The notes under the pieces: generated by a model | Seen by the model: the letters and a program-made list of their open reading frames with translations, nothing else | Database searches by the model: none | What the model was told of the DNA's origin: nothing | Part shown: positions 27,452 to 32,000 of the stretch, piece by piece | How the letters are laid out: each line of letters opens with the position of its first letter | Position numbering within the stretch: position 1 is the stretch's first letter | Made by a program: the position numbers and the translations under genes | DNA from: Variovorax sp. V213 | GTDB lineage: Bacteria; Pseudomonadota; Gammaproteobacteria; Burkholderiales; Burkholderiaceae_C | Reading direction: 5' to 3' | Assembly (NCBI RefSeq): GCF_041154455.1 | Contig: NZ_AP028664.1 | Coordinates: 1,915,935-1,947,934, forward strand | DNA: 32,000 nt

Positions 27452-27553
27452 GTGAAGCTATTCAGAACAGCTACAAGAGAACTTGCCGTTGCGACCGCTA
27501 TTTCAATCGTCATCGACGTGCACGAGTACGCAGCGATGACGCGCTTGCACTAA
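27452..27553 (+). CDS. candidate 33-codon small ORF (MKLFRTATRELAVATAISIVIDVHEYAAMTRLH)
   Basis: GTG at 27452 preceded by AAGGAGGGAG (27436-27445). It lies in an otherwise ORF-poor 690-bp spacer. Rare codons (AGA, CTA, TCA, ACA) argue either against translation or for foreign origin. Confidence 0.25.
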   Translation: MKLFRTATRELAVATAISIVIDVHEYAAMTRLH

Positions 27554-27876
27554 GCCAACCGTCCAGGCACTCAGGCTCAGCCGCATTCCATCGCCCTCGC
27601 GCATCGACGGGAATGGAACCCATCACTCCCCGCATCCTGGGGCCACCTGCATTGCTCGCGAGGTGGTCCGGTGCTGCACGTTCGTGCCGCGCCGGCTGAA
27701 AAAACAAAGCATGGCTAGCTCCCGCTTTTCCTGACGAACGTCTCGTTCGCCGGGAGGGTGCGGTGCTACCTGCTCGATGTGTCGGTCATTCCATCACTGC
27801 GCGCGTTCGTGCATTGCCGGCTATCCGCCGGTGCATGCACAGCGGCGCTTGTCTTTACCAAGAGGCGTTCATCATC

Positions 27877-30096
27877 ATGAAGAAATTTGTCAAGCCAGCC
27901 GTCAATCATCTGGCCATCACTGCCGTGACACTTGCCACCCTCGTGGCTTGCGGCGGTGGAGGAGGCGGCGGCGACTCTTCCCTGGGAGGCAGCGCGCTGA
28001 GTGCGCCCTCGCTCGCGGCGGACAGTTCCGCATCGCCCAAGGCGCCCGACGACGGACCGGCGCTTGCACCGGACGCGGCCGTGGCCCAGATCGACCGGTC
28101 CGCGAAGCCGATGGAACTGCCCGACACCGTCTGGCCCGTCAACTACAAGTTGTGGTTCCGGCCCGATGCGCAGCTCAAGACCTTCGTGGGGCGAGGCGAC
28201 GTGGAGATCGAAGTGCTCAAGCCGGTCGATGCGATCGTCGTGGCCGCGCACAACCTGAAGTTTGCCAACGGCCGAACCACCTTGCGCAAACTGTCGAATC
28301 CCTCCGAGGCGATTGCGCTTATTCCCACGCCGCAGACGCTGGGCGACTTCGTTCAGCTGCGGCTCAACGACGGGCAGATTGCCAAGGGCAAGTACCTGCT
28401 GCACATGGAGTGGGACGGCAAGATCCAGTTCTCGGATGCGGAGTACTGCCCGCCCGAGGAAATGGCGCGCAACCCGTTCTGCTCGGCCGCGACCGGCGTC
28501 TTCAAGGTGGGCCTTTCCACGCCCGAAGGCGTCAGTAGCGATGCCATCGTGACGCAGGGCGAAACCAACTATGCGCGGCAATGGTTCCCGGGCTGGGACG
28601 AGCCGGCCTTCCGCCACACCTTCGAGATCTCGGCCGAGGTGCCGGGCGACTGGCAGACCGTGTCGAACGCCGCGCAGAAGTCGGCCGTCAAGCTGCCCGA
28701 CGGCTACCAGCAGGTGTCGTTCGAGAAGACGCCTTCGATGCCGATGTACCTCGCCTTCTTTGGCGGTGGCAAGTTCGACATTCTCTCGGACACCTTCAAG
28801 AGTCCGCTCGACGGCAGCGAGATGCCGCTGCGCTGGTTCACGCCGCCGGGCCGCTCCAGCTGGGCCACCTTCGCGATGGAATGGACCAAGGTGGCCATGG
28901 ACTACTACTACAACTACACCGGCATTCCGCTGCCGTTCAAGAAGTTCGACACCGTGGCGGCCAACGACAGCTACGACAACAAGCCCAACACCGGCTTTGG
29001 CGGCATGGAGAACTGGGGCTCCATCTTCGAGTTTGCCGACCGCGTGCTGACCAAGCCGGGCGACACGCCCACGCTGTACTCGGTGACGGTGGTCACGCAC
29101 GAAATTGCGCACCAGTGGTTCGGCGACCTGGTCACGCTCGACTGGTGGGACAACGTGTGGCTCAACGAATCGTTCGCGCGCTGGTTCGACCGCCGCACCA
29201 CGATCAAATTCCACCCCGACTACTACAGCTTCTCCGACTACGTGCTGGACAAGCACACCGTGGTGGTGGCGGACCTGCGCAATACCGCGGTGCCCGTGCA
29301 GCGCAACTTGAATGATGCGGGCTCCTTCGGCTTCATCAGCCCTTCGATCTTCGTCTACAACAAGGGCAGCCACGTGCTGGAGATGATCCAGAACTACATC
29401 GGCGAGGAGGCAATGCAGAAGGGTCTGCAGATCTACCTGAAAGACTATGCCTTCGGCAACGTCACGCCGTCGCGGCTGTGGAGCTCGCTCGAGAAGGCGA
29501 GCGGCGGCAAGAAGGTGACCGACATCGGCGACAGCTTCATCCGGCAGACCGGCGTGCCGCTGCTGACGGTGGACGCGCAATGCGCGGGCGACCGCACCTA
29601 CGTGTCGATCAGCCAGGAGCCGTTTCCCAACCAGAACGTCTATCCGGCGTCTTCGTGGACCATTCCCGTGACGCTGGCCTACGGCGATGCGATGGAACAG
29701 CGCAAGACCTTCGTGATGGCGAGCAGCACCACGCAGCTGGATCTTCCGGGCTGCACCGCGGTGCTTGCCGGGCCGACCGGGCAGGACTACTACGTGAGCA
29801 ACTACAGCACCCAGTCGTGGAGCGACCTGCTGGCCAAGGCGCAGAACTTTGCGGACAACAAGCCGCTGCTGCTCAATATCGAAAGGGACGCGTTTCGCCT
29901 GCTGTCGGTCGGCCGCATCACGCAGGCGCAGTACGACCAGATCAAGAACATCGTCAACCTGCCGTCCACGCTCCTTGCCAAGACCGAGGCCAGCCAGCAG
30001 AAGACGATGGTGCAGGACGCGGGCGGCAAGGAGGACTATCCGCACGCGCTGCGCTACCAGGGCAGCCTGAAGCTGCGCGACAACGAGAAGCGCTGA
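27877..30096 (+). CDS. M1-family zinc aminopeptidase (aminopeptidase N-like), predicted lipoprotein
   Basis: The internal ATG at 27877 gives MKKFVKPAVNHLAITAVTLATLVAC-GGGGGG (lipobox LVAC). Exopeptidase motif GFGGMENWG. Zincin motif HEIAHQWFGDLVTLDWWDNVWLNESFA (HEXXH-18-E). Confidence 0.9.
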   Translation: MKKFVKPAVNHLAITAVTLATLVACGGGGGGGDSSLGGSALSAPSLAADSSASPKAPDDGPALAPDAAVAQIDRSAKPMELPDTVWPVNYKLWFRPDAQLKTFVGRGDVEIEVLKPVDAIVVAAHNLKFANGRTTLRKLSNPSEAIALIPTPQTLGDFVQLRLNDGQIAKGKYLLHMEWDGKIQFSDAEYCPPEEMARNPFCSAATGVFKVGLSTPEGVSSDAIVTQGETNYARQWFPGWDEPAFRHTFEISAEVPGDWQTVSNAAQKSAVKLPDGYQQVSFEKTPSMPMYLAFFGGGKFDILSDTFKSPLDGSEMPLRWFTPPGRSSWATFAMEWTKVAMDYYYNYTGIPLPFKKFDTVAANDSYDNKPNTGFGGMENWGSIFEFADRVLTKPGDTPTLYSVTVVTHEIAHQWFGDLVTLDWWDNVWLNESFARWFDRRTTIKFHPDYYSFSDYVLDKHTVVVADLRNTAVPVQRNLNDAGSFGFISPSIFVYNKGSHVLEMIQNYIGEEAMQKGLQIYLKDYAFGNVTPSRLWSSLEKASGGKKVTDIGDSFIRQTGVPLLTVDAQCAGDRTYVSISQEPFPNQNVYPASSWTIPVTLAYGDAMEQRKTFVMASSTTQLDLPGCTAVLAGPTGQDYYVSNYSTQSWSDLLAKAQNFADNKPLLLNIERDAFRLLSVGRITQAQYDQIKNIVNLPSTLLAKTEASQQKTMVQDAGGKEDYPHALRYQGSLKLRDNEKR

Positions 30097-30518
30097 TGAG
30101 CATCACCATGAAAAAAGCACTGAACTGTCTGGTGGCCGGCGCATCGGCGCTGCTGTTGCTGACCGCTTGCGGCGCGCGCGGCGGGCCCGAGGCTGAACTG
30201 GTCGGCGTCTACGCCGTGAAGAAGAACGGCGTTCTGAAGGAACTGGTCAAGATCGAGCGGCAGGGCGGCCGCTACATCATGCGTGACAAGGTGCGCACCG
30301 CCGAGTGGAGCGAACCCAAGATGCAGATGGAGCCCGTCACGCGCGAAGCCTGGCGCCGTATCACCACCGACACCGGGAACACCGCCTTCGTCGGCGTGGC
30401 GAGCGGGCAGCTCGGCGTGTTCAAGGTGCCGCCGGGCTGGAAGAAGAACGACTTCAGCACCGGAACCGGGTACTTCCTGTTCTATTCGCAAGGACCCGTC
30501 GAGGTCCACAAGCTGTGA
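30096..30518 (+). CDS. small predicted lipoprotein (140 aa), coupled to the aminopeptidase gene
   Basis: The start overlaps the aminopeptidase stop (TGATG at 30094-30098), with an alternative ATG at 30108. MSITMKKALNCLVAGASALLLLTAC-GARGG carries the lipobox LLTAC. This gene is the tail of the off-frame track ORF 29478..30518. Confidence 0.7.
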   Translation: MSITMKKALNCLVAGASALLLLTACGARGGPEAELVGVYAVKKNGVLKELVKIERQGGRYIMRDKVRTAEWSEPKMQMEPVTREAWRRITTDTGNTAFVGVASGQLGVFKVPPGWKKNDFSTGTGYFLFYSQGPVEVHKL

Positions 30519-30540
30519 GCTGCGCGATGAGAGGCGTCGG

Positions 30541-31296
30541 CTAGGCTGCGGGCGCGACGATCGCGCCTTCGATGCCGTGGCGTTCGAGCGCGCTGGCCAC
30601 GAAGCCGCTGGCCTTCATCTCCTCGACGAAGGCCGCGAGCAGGGCCTGTGCCTCGGCGCCGCGGCTGGCCGGCGTGCCCATGGCCTGCTGGATCACCATG
30701 AAGCGGCCGGGCAGCACACGCACGCCCGGTTCGCGCAGTGCCTCGCCCTCGAGCAGCTGGCGAATGCCGGCTGCCACCTCGACCTGCCCTGAACGCAGCG
30801 CCGCCAACGCGGCTGCCGCGCCCTGGAGCCGGACGATTTCGGCCTGCCTGATTTCGCGCGTGAGAAAGAGGTCGTAGGCGCTGCCCGCGCCAACCGAAAT
30901 CCGTTGGCCCGCGCGGTCGATCTGGGCGTTGTCGGTGAGTTCGGATGCGTCGCGAACGAGGTAGCTGCCTTCGATCAGCACGTAGGGCGCGGTGAAGCGC
31001 AGCCCTTCGCTGCGCGCCGGGTCGATGGCGAAGAAGCCGATGTCGGCCTTCTCGTTCCTGACCGCGTCGACCGATGCCGCCGCCTTCTCGAACACCACGA
31101 GCTCGATGCCCACGCCGAGCCGGCGCGCGAGCTCGCGCGCGAGGTCGATCGACACGCCGACCGGTTCGCCCGTGGCCGCGTCCTTGTTCGCGAGGATCGG
31201 GTTGCCGAGATTGATCGACGCGCGCAGCGTGCCGCTGGGCGCGAAGGTGGAAACAAGAGCAGGGGCAATGGGCTGTGGCTGGGTCATGGCGTCCAT
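30541..31296 (-). CDS. family-3 solute-binding-protein-fold protein (amino-acid-binding type), no obvious signal peptide
   Basis: 251 aa. LRASINLGNPILA...GEPVGVSIDLARELARRLGV..ELVVF and ADIGFFAIDPAR...FTAPYV match the SBP_bac_3-type layout. Confidence 0.75.
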   Translation of the reverse strand: MDAMTQPQPIAPALVSTFAPSGTLRASINLGNPILANKDAATGEPVGVSIDLARELARRLGVGIELVVFEKAAASVDAVRNEKADIGFFAIDPARSEGLRFTAPYVLIEGSYLVRDASELTDNAQIDRAGQRISVGAGSAYDLFLTREIRQAEIVRLQGAAAALAALRSGQVEVAAGIRQLLEGEALREPGVRVLPGRFMVIQQAMGTPASRGAEAQALLAAFVEEMKASGFVASALERHGIEGAIVAPAA

Positions 31297-31347
31297 CGTT
31301 TCAGGAGGAGGATGAGCGCCAGTTTACTGACCGGCCGTATCAGCGCA

Positions 31348-32000
31348 TCAACGTGCCGTCAGCGGCTCGAGGCCGGTCTTCGCAATGGTCGGCGCGGCCT
31401 CGGGCGAATTGAGATAGCGGATCAGCTGGCGCGCTGCCTCGGGCTGCTTCGAGGCCGTGGCAATGCCGGCCGAGAACACCGTCACGCGCTGTACCTCGGC
31501 TGGCAGCGGGCCGATGTAGTCGATGCCTTCGATCGGCAGCAGTTCGCTGACCTGTTGCAGTCCCAGCGCCGCGTCGCCGCGCGCCACCACCGTACCCACG
31601 CGCTCGCTCAGGATGCGCTTGCTCTTGGGCTTGACCTGGTCTTCGATGCCGAGCTTCTTGAGCAGCTCGGTTTCGTAATAAGTGCCGCTGGCACTGGCCG
31701 AGTAGGCGATGGAAGGCGCGGCCAGCAGCGTGCGCTTGAGCGCATCGACCGTACTGATGTCGGGCTTGGGCGCACCCTTGCGCACCGCGAAGCCGATCGA
31801 CGACCTGACCAGGTCGACCTGACTTCCCGGCACTACCTTGCCCTGCGCCACCAGCGCGTCGAGCGCCGGCCGCGCAAGGATCACCACGTCGGCCGGTTCG
31901 TTGCGCGACAACCGGCTCGGAATCGAATCCTCGGCATTGCCCATCGAAGCGCCATACGCGGTCTTGACCGTGCGGCCGCTGCTGCGCTCGAAGCCTGGTC
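31348..32000 (-). CDS. ModA-like / type-II periplasmic-binding-fold protein, 5' end beyond the window
   Basis: The frame stays open upstream of the track start at 31944 (...PGFERSSGRTVKTAYGAS-MGNAEDS...) to the window edge. ADVVILARPALDALVAQGKVVPGS and VGTVVARGDAALGLQQVSELL resemble molybdate/anion-binding proteins. Confidence 0.7.
   Translation of the reverse strand, partial: PGFERSSGRTVKTAYGASMGNAEDSIPSRLSRNEPADVVILARPALDALVAQGKVVPGSQVDLVRSSIGFAVRKGAPKPDISTVDALKRTLLAAPSIAYSASASGTYYETELLKKLGIEDQVKPKSKRILSERVGTVVARGDAALGLQQVSELLPIEGIDYIGPLPAEVQRVTVFSAGIATASKQPEAARQLIRYLNSPEAAPTIAKTGLEPLTAR

Noticed and set aside
27766-30045. 759-aa minus-strand ORF
   Set aside because: It is the antisense shadow of the M1 aminopeptidase gene, which carries HEIAHQWFGD...E and GGMENWG on the plus strand. 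The composition is Arg/Gly/Ala/Val noise.

Overview
This is a 32-kb high-G+C proteobacterial chromosome window. Codon style and gene set look betaproteobacterial or Comamonadaceae-like, but that placement is inference only. All functions come from hand translation and motif recognition; no database search was possible. The window has three parts.

(1) 1-6230, minus strand: the first ~2,076 codons of a hybrid NRPS-PKS that runs off the left edge. Domain order is half C domain, A, T, KS, malonyl-type AT, ACP, class-III aminotransferase. It is missing from the ORF track because it has no in-window stop. The 1791-aa plus-strand ORF is its antisense shadow.

(2) 6231-20955: an accessory hot spot at a tRNA-Gly(CCC) gene. 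About 1.1 kb of decayed, lower-GC DNA carries a frameshifted methyltransferase fragment. Next comes a ~13.5-kb integrative element bounded by exact 18-bp direct repeats (7382-7399 and 20882-20899, the latter being the tRNA 3' end). The element carries a P4-type integrase, an AlpA-like regulator and a PrimPol/PriCT-2/VirE-type primase. It also has a cluster of eight iteron-like 9-mers, small HTH proteins and two plus-strand small genes with strong SDs. An eight-gene, mostly ATGA-coupled operon ends in a ~990-aa tape-measure-domain protein, and a distal lower-GC cargo module follows. I can recognise no capsid, portal, terminase, tail tube/sheath or baseplate gene. This P4-like, satellite-like element with a solitary tape-measure operon is the best candidate for an undescribed system.

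(3) 21134-32000: core genes. These are a ferritin-like di-iron protein, alaS, a PanE/ApbA-family reductase, dadA, a 690-bp gene-poor spacer, an M1 aminopeptidase lipoprotein with a coupled small lipoprotein, and two periplasmic-binding-protein-fold genes (the last one truncated by the window edge).
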